From Protoeuglena noctilucae (taxonomy: Eukaryota): a stretch of 64,000 nt of DNA. Both the position numbers and the translations under genes were made by a program. Below are positions 12,901 to 25,700 of this stretch, piece by piece. Where the stretch lies: assembly GCA_958009085.1 (NCBI GenBank), contig OY253684.1, positions 868,001 to 932,000 on the forward strand, written 5' to 3'. Position 1 is the stretch's first letter, and each line of letters starts with the position of its first letter. The notes under the pieces are model-generated. The model searched no databases. It was not told where the DNA came from and worked only from the letters and a program-made list of their open reading frames with translations.

Positions 12901-13161
12901 CGCGCCCTCCCTTCAGGCGCACGCGCGACTGCCCGGCGCGCTGGACCTGGCCGGAGGATACCCTCGGGACGTCCCCCGTCGACGCCCTGGCGCAAGAGGG
13001 CCCGACTGCGGGCGAGCAGTCTGGCGGTTGTTGCGGGCCAGCTCGGGAGCGCCCGCGCGGACCGCTCTGCCTCCCGCGAGGGTCCCACCTCTTTGACGCG
13101 GTGGAGCTCGCCAGGTCTGACTCACAAGCGGCGCGCGGAGGCCCCTCCGCGCGGCGAACAT
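6955..13161 (-). CDS. rbcR: Nuclear-encoded, probably plastid-targeted tandem (double) LysR-type regulator of RbcR/Ycf30 type
   Basis: 16 exons with consistent phases: 13161-13089, 13005-12923, 12835-12575, 12471-12329, 12125-12032, 11805-11688, 11329-11135, 10864-10686, 10503-10381, 10193-9456, 9189-8977, 8737-8562, 8350-8171, 7880-7774, 7621-7473, 7243-6955. Unit 1: YPFSLSQL...LGGSQTVGVELMPRLVRRFLERHPGVEVQLAVESTRKIALAVASGDLDAALVGG...FEVNSVEAVKNAVEEGIGVAFVS...RRYQSKAA. Unit 2: VPFLLEEL...LGASHMTGTYLMPRLVSIFKSRHPGV...AYTEDEV...MQLNSVEAIKSAVQFNLGVAFLS...RRYHTRAARAF. The linker exon needs a 1-nt correction in a G10 run near 9697-9706. Confidence 0.88.
7706..7790 (-). repeat. Exon-end/donor echo repeat in LysR intron (period 63)
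   Basis: CTCACCAGCGTGATGAAGTCGTGCGC occurs at about 7706 and 7769. Confidence 0.95.
8016..8190 (-). repeat. Three-copy exon-end/donor echo repeat in LysR intron
   Basis: ACCCACGGAGCT(T/G)AGCTGCCCC at about 8016, 8088 and 8169. Confidence 0.95.
11548..11712 (-). repeat. Three-copy exon-end/donor echo repeat in LysR intron
   Basis: CTCACCCGATGCCACGGCCAGTGCGATCTT at about 11548, 11625 and 11683. Confidence 0.95.
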
Positions 13162-13715
13162 GCCGCCTGGCAAGCTGTGAAGAGCGCAGCCCCGGGCGGC
13201 CGCCCGGGGCATATTCTTGCACGAATGCCCCCCGAGAGGATACATCTGGACATCCATTTTCGCAAGACGAACTCGGGGTCCGCTAGGGTGGTCTGCGCGG
13301 CTAGCAAAACAGCCTCATCAGCCAAACTGTCGTCTCCGGTGCGCGCCAAGCTCACGCGGCACCAAAACTCATACGCCATGGAACAGGGAAGTGACGCATC
13401 ATGGGGGACGAGCACCGGGCGCGGCGCCGCGAGGAGGGACGGATCCGCTCTGGCACAGCGGGTCTTACCTGAGCTGCGAGCGCAGCGAAAAAAGGAGTGA
13501 ACGCGTTTCCCGGCGCTCGCAAGGACTCGCGCAGTTGCGGTGGCACTGGGCAAGCGACCCCCGCGCGTAGGGGCTGCGCGTGTATTTCAAATTGCCTGCC
13601 CGGACAGACGGGCCGCCCTGCGCCCCGATGGTGCCGCCCTGCGAGCTCGCGTGACGCGCGACGTGCTTATCCATCCCTGCTGCGGCTCGCGGGTCACAAA
13701 GGAGGGGCGACCGCC

Positions 13716-16700
13716 ATGAGCTCGACGCAGCTCCTCGATCAATACCTCGCCAACAACTTCGTCACTCACCTCGAGGCGAGGGGCGCTTCCCGTGGCTCAA
13801 GCGTAGCACTAAGACCTGATGCCTTCGTGTACGCTAGCGGCCGGCTCTCAGCCTCGCGGACGCTGTAAGTAGCACGGTCTCTTCACCTGCCCAGCTCCTC
13901 CGTGACACTGCCCCTCGCAGGACGACCCGCCCGGCGCAGGCAGGCGCTATGACTTCCGACGGTATATGTCCTCCGAAGACGTGGGCCCGAGCGACCCGCC
14001 CGGCCCGGCCGGCGCTTCCACCGCTGACAGGGCATCAAACGGAGCCAGGGCTCGCGCTGCCGTCCCCGCACCGCAACGGCGCCCGGGCAGCCTGCCGAGC
14101 TCCAAAACGATGACCAGCAGCGAGCGCGTGCACGGCATGAGCGTTACGGAGGTGAGCCACGCCGGCTCTATCGCAGGTCCCTGACCCCGCCCACCCAGGC
14201 CAGCCCACCCCACAGGTGGCATGGCGGCACGTGGCTATTGGACATGCGGCCATCATATTCAACATTGTGTTCGTCTCCTCTTCCCCGCAGCGCCTGCAGA
14301 TCCTTGCGTCCGGTCGCACCCGCCCCCGTCCCGACCCCACCGTCGACCGTGCCAGCCGCCGCGCCGCAGCCCTGGCCCGGCTCAAGCAGCGCACCGTCGG
14401 CAGCCGGGGCCCCGCGGGGTCCTCGAACGCCGCCGACTCCGCCCGCCCGTCCCGCAGCCCCTTCCGGCCCCTCTCTGACAACGTGCCAGAGGCAAGCGGT
14501 GGCCACCACGCACGCCACCACCTTCCACACTCATCCAACGCAGCGCCCACGCACAGCACCCGCATGGCGACTCTCTTGTCCCACGACACAGCGACAACCG
14601 TGCCCTCATGACCCCTCGCTCCCCTCCCGCAGTACGACGACGTGTCGTGGCCGGACCGTGCTGCCCACATGACCCGACCCAACGCACCCCCCTCGTCCTT
14701 CACCACTTCTCTCACAACGACAGCCACCGCTTCCCGCCCCTCCTCCGTCCTCGCCAGGCGGGACGGTGTCACCACCGCCGCGTCTGCCACAGCCGGGGCG
14801 ACAGTCGTGAGCTCCAGCAAAGTGTTCCACCCCCCGGCGCCCGGCCCCCGCAACGCCGTGGACGTCCGCCGGGCCGGCGGTGCCCTCTCCGGCACCGCCG
14901 CCCTCGCCCCGCGCGGCCGCATGGCTCGCGAGCGCCTGGACCGTGTCGCGGCCGACGCCTCGACCCTCATGCGGGGGGCGCCGCACCAGGGGGACTTCCA
15001 CGACGCCATCGACGCACGACTGGTGAGGAATGTTTGGACATAGCTAACGCTGACTAGTTCAAATGCCACCCTGTGTAAGTAGTTGCATCCAATGGGCACC
15101 GCCGGTGTCCCAAGCCGCCACGTAGCGACCCCCGTGCCCACCCTCTGACAAGCGCAGGTGGCCCGGGGGATCCCGCGGCCGCTGTCCGCCGTGCGGAGTG
15201 CAGCGGAGGCGGCGATGCGTGGGGACGCGGAGGTGCTGGGCGACCGGGGCCGCCCTGGGACCACACGGGCCGCGGCGTCGGTGCGTGCGGCCAGCACAAG
15301 GGGCGGACCCTGGCAGGCGGAGGGCAGCGGCGACGGCGGCGTGGCACCCCGCGGCGCGTCGTTCTGGGACGCGGTGCGGGCCGAGGCTTTGGATGCTCGG
15401 GGCATGCACTCGGTGCTGGATCTGATTGCGGACGAAGCGCGTAGGGCGGGGGCGGAGGCACGGGCGGTGGGGGCGGGGGCGAGGCGCGAGCCGGCGTGGG
15501 AGCCGCCGGCGAGCGAGGCGTGGGGGAGGGCGCCGGAAGGGCTGGGGGGCGCCGGGCACGCGGGGCGCGACGTGGAACGTGACAGGCTGATGCCCCTGGT
15601 GAGCGTGGGGCGAGCAGAGCAGAGGGCGACATGCAGGATGTGTGACATGGCACCATCGGCTGGTTTCTATTTCATCCCATCCGTGCACCCAATAGCCACT
15701 GCTTCATCTTCCCCCTGCGTGCTTGCCCCAGGCCGCCCGTCGCGCCGACGGTGCCAGCAGCGAGGACGGGGAGGGCGTGACTCCGCGGCTGGCGCGCATG
15801 CGGAGGAGGGTGGGGAGGAAGATGCTGGCCATGGACAAGGTGAGGGGGTGTGAGAAGGGACCAGGCTGCGCTGTGCACGGGCGTGGGTAGGCATATTCAT
15901 GGTGTGCAAGGGACAGACACCCCAGCCCTGGCTGCGGCCTGCAGGCGAGGAGGGCCACCGCCGGCGTGATTCGAACCTCATTCGATTCTTGCTCGATCGC
16001 AGGCGATGCTCGCGCTGCCCCACGACGACTCTCTGTCAGAGCCGGAGCCCGACATACGCAGCCGCGGTCTGCTGATGAGCGCACAGCCGCCAGTGCCGCC
16101 CCCGCCCCGGGCGCTGCTGTCGGCGGCGGATGGGAGGGTTGCTGGGGCAGAGACCGTGAGGGTGAGGGCCGGGGGGGGGGGGGGGGGGGGGATTACTTGC
16201 GCTGGGATGAGACTAGAAGTGCATGCCGCCCACCCCGCCACCCCAGCCCCCCCACCGCCACCTGTTGCCACCCCTACCCTGGCTGCAGCCGCCTTCATCG
16301 CGTCTGCCCGAGCACGTCGCAACGTGGCCTCCCCCGCCCGCCACCCCCGACCCCAACCAGCTCCCCATGCCGACCCTGGCCCACGCCCCGGACAGCCCCG
16401 ACGTTGGCACGCGCCGCATGGCGAGCGTCACTGGCGATCCACGGGCGCTGGACGGGGCCTCAGATGCCGGTGAGATGCGGGTGCCTGCTCTATCCGCAAT
16501 GAAAGGTCCCCTGCTGTGGTCCATCCTATGAAAGCGGTCGCGTGTTCTAACCCTGAACATATCTGATCATCCACTGCGCGTGCAGGGAGCGACTTGGAGG
16601 CGCGCACCGTGACCCTTCTGTCCCCCCACGGCCTCCTGCACCCCAGCCCCCGGGCCATGCGCCTCCTGGCCGCACCCGGAGTCACGGGACGCACCCGCGC

Positions 16701-18880
16701 CGCCCTCGCCTCCTCTCGAGCCCTGCGGTGGGTCCATGCACCCGGCCCCCACAGCCACATGCTGCATGCATGTACACGCACCGTGCATCTGCTTGAGCAG
16801 TGGCACCCCTCCGCCCTCCCACCGCGTGCTTGGTCGCCATGCCAGTCGCAGCCCGCCCCACCGATCCCCACCTCCCCCTCTCCTCTCCGCAGGCGCTCTG
16901 CCCCCGCGCACCCGGGGTCACTGACGGCTGCCGAGCGCGCCCAGCTGCGCCGGGCACTGGGCCTGGGCTCAGCGAGCCCCTCGGATGACTCAATGGACGG
17001 AGACGATGATAGCAGCGATGGGGACGCAATGGTGGAGACGGTGGGGGTCGAAGCATCGACGTCGATGGCCTGGCCATCGACGGCGTCGGCATCCGGGGCA
17101 CCGGCACCGGAGCCGTCCGCACCCCCGATGGCGTCGTTGGGGCGGGGCGGGGACTGGGCGGGCGGGAGAGGAGGGGAAGGAGCGGGGGTGGAGGACCGCG
17201 GGCCGCTGCCGCGTGCGGGGGGGTCGACGGTGGCGGAAGAGCTGCGGGCGAGGACGCGGGCGGTGGCGGAGGTGACTGGCCCGTGGAGCAGGGACAGCAC
17301 TCATATGCTCGTCACCACAAGGGCATGACTGGCTCGCTTGCCAGTCCCTCGCTGCTGCCAGCCCTTTATGCTTTGGTCGCCCCTTGGCCTCACCACAACC
17401 TGAGCTTGCTTCGCCCGCAGCGCGTGCGTCGTGCCCTCCAGACCGGTACCAAGGCCGAAGCCGACTCTCCCGGGTCGCTCACCGCGTCTCCCCACTCCCG
17501 CGCACTGCCCAGCCATCAAAAATGGCAGGTGGGGCTGCACAGGGGCGTCACATATCAGGATTACCGCATTCAGGATAACTATCGCATTTGACATGCGAGA
17601 CGCACACGCTGCCCCCGCCCCTGCCCGCAGCCAGTGCCGTCTCCCTCCCCTGCGCCCCCCACCGACGCTGCCCGTTCCATCCACCGCGTGAATGGGGCAC
17701 AAGGCAGCGACGACGTGCCTGCCCCCAGCGCCCCGCCCCTGCCACAGAGAGACGCCCGCGACCTCCACACCACACACACGTTCGCCCTGGCCCAGAGACC
17801 CTCGCCTGCTGACCCCGAGCCACGCCCACGCGCCCCCGCTGCCCCACCCTCGCCCCCACTGTCCTCCCCGCCCGGCCGACCCAGCCCAACGCGCATCCAC
17901 CGCGGCTGCCAGTCGCCCCCGCTGTCGTCCCCGCCCCGCCGCCGCCCGCTCGACTCCAAGCGTGCTCTGGATTTCACCCCCACGCCCGCCTCCACCGCCG
18001 CGTCCACCCCCGCGCCCGCGCCCGCCCCACGCACCCCGAGCAGCCCCCTCGCCGCGCTCACCGACCGCCTGGGGCTGACGACCGGCGATGCCTCGGTCCC
18101 AGGCGCGGGGTGCATCATCGTCCCCGACTACACCCCTGCGGCGCGCATGGTGTCGACATCAAGCCACGGCACCGGCAGCCACGGCACCGGGGCAGAGGGG
18201 GGCGACAGCCTCGCACGCAACCATGCGGGGGCGTGGTCGGCTAGCGGCTCCGTCTCCCTGTCGATCGGTGCAGCCAGGGCCACGGGGGCGGGGGCGGAGG
18301 CAGACACGTCGCCCGAGCCCAGCCAGGTGCGGTGGCATACCTGGCGTACCTGCGCTGTGGACGCCTGTGCCTGTTTGGCGATGACCTGTGTACTTCTGCT
18401 GCGATCAACGCAGCCGTGTGCCTTTTCACCTCTCTGCAGGTCCCCTCCCCCGACTCCCTCACCACGCCCAGCACGGAGACTCCCGGGCCCAGGCCGTCAG
18501 TGCAGGTAACAGCCACTCAGTGCAATTCAAGCATCCAATTCTCACATTAACACAGTGGCGCGTGTCAGGAGCAGTCGCGACATGCAGGATATGACTCAAA
18601 AGCTGCCTTGTCCCGCAGAGCACGCCTGCCCCCACGTCTGCGGCACGTTCCCCTGCCACGCCGGGGTCGGGTGCCTCCTCGGCGTCTGTCCGGGAGCTGG
18701 TGGCGCAGGTGAGGGTTGCAGGGATCTATACAAGTGAATATAGATGCAGTTGAGGGCGACAAGAGGAGATGGGCAGGGGTGGTATGCACGCCGGGTGACA
18801 GAGCTGTGACGTTCGCCCCGTGCACGCAGGCCCAGAGCCTGATGAGGAAATGCGACGACGTGCTGCAGAGGGCCCGGTGA
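13716..18880 (+). CDS. Hypothetical multi-exon Ser/Pro/Arg/Ala-rich, probably largely disordered protein
   Basis: GCCATG start at 13716 (MSSTQLLDQYLANNFVTHLE|GC donor) splices in frame to 13921 (DDPPGAG...MSSEDVG). A chain of GT/GC-AG-bounded exons follows, ending ...ASVRELVAQ|AQSLMRKCDDVLQRAR-TGA (18878-18880). No domain recognised and internal boundaries are only partly verified. Confidence 0.6.
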
Positions 18881-19677
18881 CGATTGGAGAGGAGTGCGCT
18901 GTGCAGTTGTCTTCCCTGTTCCCTGATGGATTCATTTTGAAGCGTGGTCGCGTGCTTGACAACTCAGGCAGAGGGGCATGTAGAGCGCCAGGGGAATTGA
19001 CCATGCGATGGGACTGCAGCTTGAGCTACGCAAATGTGCCGTGCAAGTGCTTTCAGCTCCAGCTCGCGCAAAGCCTCAACTGGACTTTGATCGCCAGAGA
19101 AAGGCTGGCAACTCACTGGCATCGCGAGACTTCTGCGCCGAGAGCCTTTCCACACCCCGACATCCGTCGAGAGCTGCAGTGTTTCGCTTACGCAACCAGC
19201 GATCGCACCTGTGCGCGCCTGTGCATCCATCTGCGGAGGCTCTGAGAGCGAGGCGAGTGGCCCTGCGGATGTAGAGCACTGCCTGTTGTGTATTTTTGCA
19301 TCATAACTCCATCTGTGCGAGCGTGGGGGTTGATAGCTTGCGTGCGCGGCAGGCGGCACGGGTGCCTTCTCGACTCTCCTTCTCGAATCTCTGGGAATGG
19401 CGATGCAGCGGACCCGCCTGCACCCTCAGTCAGCTGCAATTGTCGCTTCAGGCCTGTGCGCGGCCCCTTTCGGCCAGCTGCTCGCTGCCCATGTGCACTG
19501 CGTGCGGCCGGCCATTTCCAAGTCCGCTCCACGCGTTTGCGCCTTCCTGCATTGCTCCGACCCTCGCTTCGAGTCACTGTTGTCGACATCTGCGCGGGGA
19601 AGTGGAACTTAGGGCGCTGCTGGGCCATCGCGCGCTACAGCGAGCTCCGCTTCCGGACCCCGTCCGCAGAGGCCGCG

Positions 19678-22478
19678 ATGTCCGACAGCGACGACGCGAG
19701 CATGCCCGGGTTCCCCGAGGAGGAGGAAGAGGTCGAGATGGAGGACTTCCAGCCCATGGATTTCCCCGTCGGCGAAGAGGTGCGGAGTTCTCGCGGCTCG
19801 CGCAACTCGCACTGTTCCGGACCCGCCCGCCCGCCGCCCCGCCGCTGCGGCTCACGCGCGCCTGCGCACGGCCCGCAGAAGGACGTAACCCCTGACGGTG
19901 GCGTCAAGAAGAAGGTGCTCGTGGAGGGCGAGGGCTTGGAGCGTCCTCGGAAGAGGGACAAGGTGTTGGTCCACTACGTCGGCACGCTCGCGGACAATGG
20001 GGACAAGTTCGACTCCTCCCGGGACCGCGACGACCCTTTCAGGTGACTGTGACTGCGCGGGGCTCAGCGGCCATCGGAGGTGCGGATGGGTGGGTGCGGA
20101 TGGGTAGCGATGGATCAGGATGAGCACCTATCCACATCGTATGCTTCTAATGATGATAATCATGTCATCCTTCTTGCTGGTTGCTCGTCGCCGTCATTGC
20201 AGCTTCACGCTGGGACAGGGTCAAGTGATCAAGGGCTGGGACAGGGGCGTGGCGACCATGCGCAAGGGCGAGAAGGCCATGCTCACTTGCCGCGCCGACT
20301 ACGCGTATGGGGACGCGGGGTCGCCTCCGAAGATCCCTGGGGGCGCCACGCTGTGCTTTGAGGTGGAGCTGCTGAGCTGGGTCGACTCGAGGTGAGAGAG
20401 AGAAAGGGGCGTGCCACGCTGTGCTTTGACAAAGATAGAAGGGGAGTAAGAGGGTCAAGAGCACAGATTGCTGGAGCTTGCATTGCTGTGAGTGTCATCC
20501 ACAGCACAGCACACCCGTGGCTGTTGTGCCGCTGGCCGACCGCACACACACGACATTGGTATCGGTATCACCGCACATGACTCCACTGCCCGTTAGGTTC
20601 ACGTTCGAATCCCGGCTGCGTTTTCCAGGGACATTTCCGAGGAGAAGGACGGCAGCCTGGTCAAGTCGATCGTCAGAAAGGGCGCGGGGTACGAGCGCCC
20701 TCGCCCGGCGGACGAGGTGGTGGCGAGGGTGGAGGTGCGGGTGGCGGGGTCTGATGATGTGGTGTTCAGCGATGATAAGGCGACGTTTACGGTATCTGAG
20801 GGTCTTCTGTGCCCCGCGGTGGGCGCGACGGTGGCCACGATGCTGGTGGGAGAGGTGGCGCGGGTGGCAGCCAAGGCGCGTCAGTGCTTTGGGGAGACGG
20901 GGGGTTTGGACGGGAGGGTGCCGCCGAACGCGGACCTGGACATCACGGTGGAGCTGATCGAGATGCGAGCGGTGGACGACATGGGGTACAAGGCGAGTAT
21001 ACTAGTGGGGGGGTTGGGGTCGATGGGGTGACACGGTCAGTCCGGGTGGGGTGGTTGGGCAGCGATGCACAGGGGGTGGCAATGGTGGTAAGGTGCATAG
21101 ATGGCATAGATGGCGACGCGGGGTGTAGATATGGTGGTGATGCAGCGCATGACAGTGCGAGGGTGGCCGGCAGGTGCAGCGCAATCGTAGGTGTGGGGCA
21201 CCGACAGTGAACTCTCTCATAACTGCTACTGAATGGCTTAGTTAGTCATCACTACTACTAGTATAGACTAATTGACTATCCGTTACTTCGCCTGTTTGCA
21301 GGACGGCAGCCTGAAGAAGATGACCCTGGCGAAGGGCACTGGGTACGAGAAGCCCGACGAGATGGCTAAGGTGAAAGTGCGGTACACGCTGCGGCTGGCG
21401 GACGGGACGGTGGTGGACGAGGCGCACGCGGGGGAGGGGAACGAGCTCGAGTTCGTGACGGGTGAGTGAAGGGTGGAATGCGGGGTGACACGGCTGCTGT
21501 GTGCATGGCATGGGGTGGACTGGCAGGGATGGGGTGTGGCACGGCTGCTGTGTGCATGGGTGATGGGTGATGGGGTGGCATGCACATGACGGTGACCATC
21601 CACACCCCTCACCTGCAGATGAGGACGAGGTGTGCCCAGCCCTCGACGCGGCGGTGCGCCGGATGAAGGCGGGGGAGCGCGCGGTGGTGACGTCCGCGCC
21701 GCAGCACGCGTTCGGCGATGCCGGCAAAGAGTTCGCCAATGGCGCCCGCGTGCCTCCCAACGCGTGGGTGTCGTTTGAGGTGGAGCTGGTGGAGATGCGG
21801 CGCGACAGGGATACCTGGGAGATGAGTGGGGAGGAGAAGGTGGAATACGCAGAGCAGAAGAAGGCCAGCGGCAACCAGTGGTTCAAGGCGGGGGCGTTCG
21901 ACCGGGCCATGCGTCGGTACAAGAAAGCAGTGTCAGCCGTGGAGTATGACTCTGGGCTCCCGGAGGAGGCCAAACGAAAGGTGAGGCCTTTGCCTTGCAT
22001 TGACGTGGAGGTGGCTGCGGGCATTGCTTGCTCTGTATGAGCGCTTGCTTGCAGCTAGCTTCTGACACAACGTGCTTGTAGTGCCCTACGTCGGCAACCA
22101 AGGTAGGACCTGGAACTGGACTCACCTGCTGCATGTCGATTGCTGATTCCCGACACCCCACCCCAGGCATCGGAGGTCAAGTCCGCGTGTCAGCTGAACA
22201 TGGCAGCCGTGCACGTCAAGCGGGGCGAGTGCAAGGAAGCCGTCGCGTGCTGCGACAAGGTGCTGAAGAGCAACGGGCAGAGCGTCAAGGCGCTGTTCCG
22301 GCGAGCCCAGGCGCGCGCGGGCGAGGGGGACTACGACCTGGCGGAGCAAGATCTGCGACAGGCGCTGCTGATTGACCCGGAGAGCCGCGAGGTGGCCGCG
22401 GAGATGAAGAGGGTGAAGCAGGCGGCGCGGGTGCTCAACGAGAAGCAGAAGTCCATGTTCGCAAAGATGTTCGTGTGA
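19678..22478 (+). CDS. FKBP62: Multi-domain FKBP peptidyl-prolyl isomerase with three FKBP domains plus TPR (FKBP62/ROF1-like Hsp90 co-chaperone)
   Basis: [64 protein letters not shown]; two more FKBP-like domains ([22 protein letters not shown]); TPR region KASGNQWFK...LNMAAVHVK...[11 protein letters not shown]-terminus KSMFAKMFV. Confidence 0.93.
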
Positions 22479-22727
22479 TATGTGTGTTGGTGTGATGGTG
22501 GATGCTGGTGGCCTGTGTGAGCTTGCCGGTGTGCTCCGCCGGTGGCCACGCCAGCAGCGCTGCAGCACAGCGTCGGTTGAAAGGACAGGCAACGTGGCGA
22601 AAGCCAGGAACTCAGCTATCTTAATTCACTGCTAGCACAGCTGTCGTCACAGCATTTACACCCAACAACCATCCAACATGCGACTCTCCACCGCACAACA
22701 AGAACACAGAAGCACCCGCCACCCTCG

Positions 22728-25700
22728 TCACTCCTCCGCCCCCCGCTTCCTCCCCCGCTTGGCCGCCGCCCTCGCCAGCTCCCCAAGCGGCGCCCCGGCC
22801 GCCTTGCGCCGCTTCACCTCCCCCATCTTCGCCCTCTCCGCCTCGCGCTTGCGGCCGTGCTTGCGCCGCCGCGCCTCCGCCGCCGCCGCCGGGTCCACCA
22901 CCGCCTCCACCGCGCGCCGCTGCCGCCTGGCCGCCCTCCTCGCCGCCACTGCCTCCCTCGCCCCCGCAAAAGCCGACAGCGTGGCATCCACGCCCATTGC
23001 CGCCCTCAGGTGCGAGTGCACCTCCTCCCCTAGGGATTTGATGTCCGCAGGGACACGCTGGGACCCCTCGTTGAGTCGATAGATGGGAACCATGGCCAAT
23101 GGGAGGTAAGGGGCGAAGCGCGATGGGCCCAGGGCAGAGCACGCGCCCGCCAGGAATCTGTGAAAGGGAGTGGGGGATGAGGGATGATGGACATGTGTGT
23201 ATGTGTATGAATGCATGTATGGATGGAAGTTGCAGTGGCTGCGTGATGCTGCAAACACATGCCAGCTACACCCACACCCACACCCACACCCACACCCACA
23301 CCCTCCCTCACCGCAGTGCCGCCATCCTCGCCGCCCTCTTCCCCCTCCTCCCGTCGTCCGCCAGCCGACACACGCGCCGCATCAGCCCATGCAGCGTCAC
23401 TCCCGCCTCCGACAGGCGACGCTGCCCACTCCCACTTCCCCTCTTCACATACGCACCCTCCCCGTCACCCTCCCCCTCCCTCGCCACACCCGCACCCGCA
23501 CCCGCACCCACTCCATCCTCGTCACCCTCACTGCCGCTGCCATCGCCACCCTCCCCATCCTCCCCCTCGCTGCCACCCTCCCGCCCCCCCTCCACCCCCA
23601 CCCCGTCCCTCAGCTCCCCCACCACTCCCAGCAAACACCGCACTGTGGCCGCACACCCCTCCTCGTCCTCACCGTCTGCCTCTGCCAGCTGCACAAACAG
23701 AGACAAAGCCACGCGCCCCGCCGCCCCCTCCGCCCCCAGCAGCTGCGACCGCGAAACCGCGTCCCCCAAACACCGCGCCACCACGCGCGTCGCCGCCTTT
23801 CGCACCCACGCATGCTCGTGGGCCAAACACGCCGCCGCCGCCTCCCAAGCCACGCTGGCCTCCTCCGGGCACGCCTCTGCCAGACCCGGCACGGACTCAG
23901 CCACTCGCTCCAACGCACACAGCGCCTGGTGGGCCGCACGCCAGTCCCCGCCCCCCTCCGCCGCTTCTGCTACTGGGGCCAGCAATGCGGGGATGGCCCC
24001 AGACGCGCGCCGCCCGAACGCCGCCCGCTCCGCCCCCGCAAACACCCCCACCAGCGCCGCCCCCGCCCCCCGCAGCCGCGCGTCTCTCGCCTCCGCCCAC
24101 GCCGCCGCCATCCCAAACAGCCGGTCGCGTTCCCCCGCAGGCAGCCTGGTTAGCAGCGCGGCGACGCACTCGGCCGCCGCAGCCCGGCAGTCGGGGTGCG
24201 TGTCTCCCCCCACCCTGGCAGCCAGCGGCACAAAGGTGAGCTGAGCGCGTGGGGCAAGGGCGGGGGCGGGGAACTTGGTGACGACCGCTTTCACCATCGC
24301 CAGCACTTCTCTCCTCCCCTCGTGGTGCTCGTAGGCGAGATTGGCGAGGAGGAACCTCAGGTGGGCGTCGAGTCGCTTTTCCCCCAAAGGGAAGTCCAGC
24401 AGGTATTGAAGGAGTGACCTTGCGCACTGGGCGCGCACGGTGGGGGACTGGGCCCTCACCATGAGCTCCTGCACTCGGTCCATGACGTCAAAGACCTCTG
24501 GGACCACGATCTGCGATGAATGAGGGAGATGGAGGTAGGGGATGTGACGAGGGAGAGGGAGGGAGGTGGGACGTGGAGATGAGAGAGATGGGATGAGCTG
24601 TAGATGAGAGAGGGAGATGAAATGGGCTCTATACAACAAGGAAATGGGACGAACGCTGTGCGCAATTGCACAAAGCATACCAGAGCACAACAGACAGCAA
24701 ACCGTCGTCACTACCCCCCACCCCACCCCACCCCAACACTCACCTGCCGTGCGACCATGGCCCTCAGCAGCGCCATCAGCGTCCCCCTCTCCGTGTGCTC
24801 TTCCATGTCCTTGAATGCCCACTTGAGCAGGAACCGCAGCTGCTGCGTCGACGGCTGGAAGTCCGCGCACTCCCGCAACAGCGACGTCAGCAGCGCCACC
24901 CCTTCCTGCGCCACCGGCTCTGTGCTCGAGGCACACCGCTTCATCGCAGCCGTCAGCGCCGCGCCCGCCTCTTTCGCCGCGGCGGGCAGCGACGGCAGCG
25001 GCAGGGGCGCCATGGCCTGCAGCGCGCGACACGCCAGAACCACGCAAGTCGCGTGGCGTGACCCCAGCACCCGCACCATCGCCAACAGCAGCGGGTCCAG
25101 CAACCCCAGCGTCTCCGCGTCGCGGCCGCTCAGCGGCCCCCGCCGCAGCGCCGCCACCAGCATCGACAGAGCCATCTCAACAAACGCATGACCGTGCGCA
25201 CCCCCCGCCAGCCCCGCCACCCCCTCCCCCTCCGTTTCTGCACTCGCGCCCCCCTCCGCCACCCGCCGCTCCGCCCGCGCCCCCGGCACCGCCCTCGCCG
25301 CCACCGCCACCCCCCTCCTCCCATCCTTGTCGGTCGTTCGGTCTTTGGCGACCGCCTCTGCCGTCCGCCCCCCCGCCCCCGCCGCCGCCTCCACCGCGCG
25401 CCTCTGCGCCTCCTCCGCCCCCATCCCCGCCGCCACCGTTCGGGCAACGAATCCCGCCAGCGCCGTGGCAGTCAGCGTGGGGCTGGACTGGGCACCCCGC
25501 GCCACGCACCCCAGCAGCTCCGTCACCCTCGCGTGCAGGGCTGGGTCGGTCCCCGCCTCCGCCAGCCGCCCTTTCGCGACCCCCACCAGCGCCCCGGCAT
25601 AATCGGCGAACGTGCACGCGGATGCCAGCAGCTGTAGGGTGTCTGGCGCCCTCGTTCGCTTGGCCTCTGCCGTTTGCGCCCTCACTTGGGGAGTGCGTCT

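Noticed and set aside
6955..13161. LysR gene as bacterial contamination or a recent bacterial island
   Set aside because: It has 15 phase-consistent spliceosomal introns, host-like composition, and contiguous eukaryotic flanking genes.
18881..19677. ORFs in intergenic regions (also 47350-48250 and 62000-62900) as small genes or transposon remnants
   Set aside because: Codon usage is atypical, no motifs were found, and no consistent coding exon chain exists. More likely UTR or promoter sequence.
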